The position numbers and the translations under genes were made by a program. From an uncultured Nitrososphaeraceae archaeon (GTDB taxonomy: Archaea; Thermoproteota; Nitrososphaeria; Nitrososphaerales; Nitrososphaeraceae), in contig CAVZZA010000003.1 in NCBI GenBank assembly GCA_963779615.1, positions 864,001 through 928,000 on the forward strand: a stretch of 64,000 nucleotides of DNA, given 5' to 3'. Below, piece after piece: positions 63,995-64,000 of this stretch; positions within the stretch are counted from its first letter, which is position 1; the number at the start of each line of letters is the position of its first letter. Below the pieces are notes generated by a model. It searched no databases. It was not told the DNA's origin and worked only from the letters and a program-made list of their open reading frames with translations.

Positions 63995-64000
63995 AACTAT

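Noticed and set aside
1-64000. CRISPR array, rRNA, SRP or RNase P RNA, replication origin
   Set aside because: No regularly spaced repeats, no long GC-rich structural RNA besides the two tRNAs, no cdc6 or ORB cluster seen

Overview
AT-rich archaeal chromosomal segment, almost certainly from an ammonia-oxidising Nitrososphaerota (Nitrososphaerales; the low G+C and IS load suggest Ca. Nitrosocosmicus). Markers are archaeal r-proteins L19e, L32e and S17e, an archaeal histone, type II GAPDH, 4-hydroxybutyryl-CoA dehydratase of the 3HP/4HB carbon-fixation cycle, a two-domain multicopper oxidase and a blue-copper protein. Most of the window is housekeeping (sod, pckA, argF, ftsY, pfdA, mtnP, apt, rlmE, trpGD, ubiX, sucCD, pyrF, guaA, purA, guaB, uppS, ilvE, aspartate kinase). 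It also carries three degenerate IS elements with recognisable ends, two IS6-type relics and four copies (two subfamilies) of a ~138-bp MITE with IS903-like ends. The most striking items are (1) a tRNA-Gln(CUG) gene split by three BHB-type introns (10/11, 21/22, 37/38), whose 5' leader can pair over 10 bp with the 3' acceptor strand and could act as a folding switch for splicing of the 10/11 intron; (2) a tandem pair of thymidylate-kinase-like genes, one with a degenerate P-loop, resembling a heteromeric polyphosphate kinase; (3) several unannotated microproteins, including two zinc ribbons; (4) a MITE-bracketed C2H2 zinc-finger locus downstream of guaA. Single-base insertions in trpD, guaA and an esterase look like sequencing errors. 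No CRISPR array or rRNA gene was seen.
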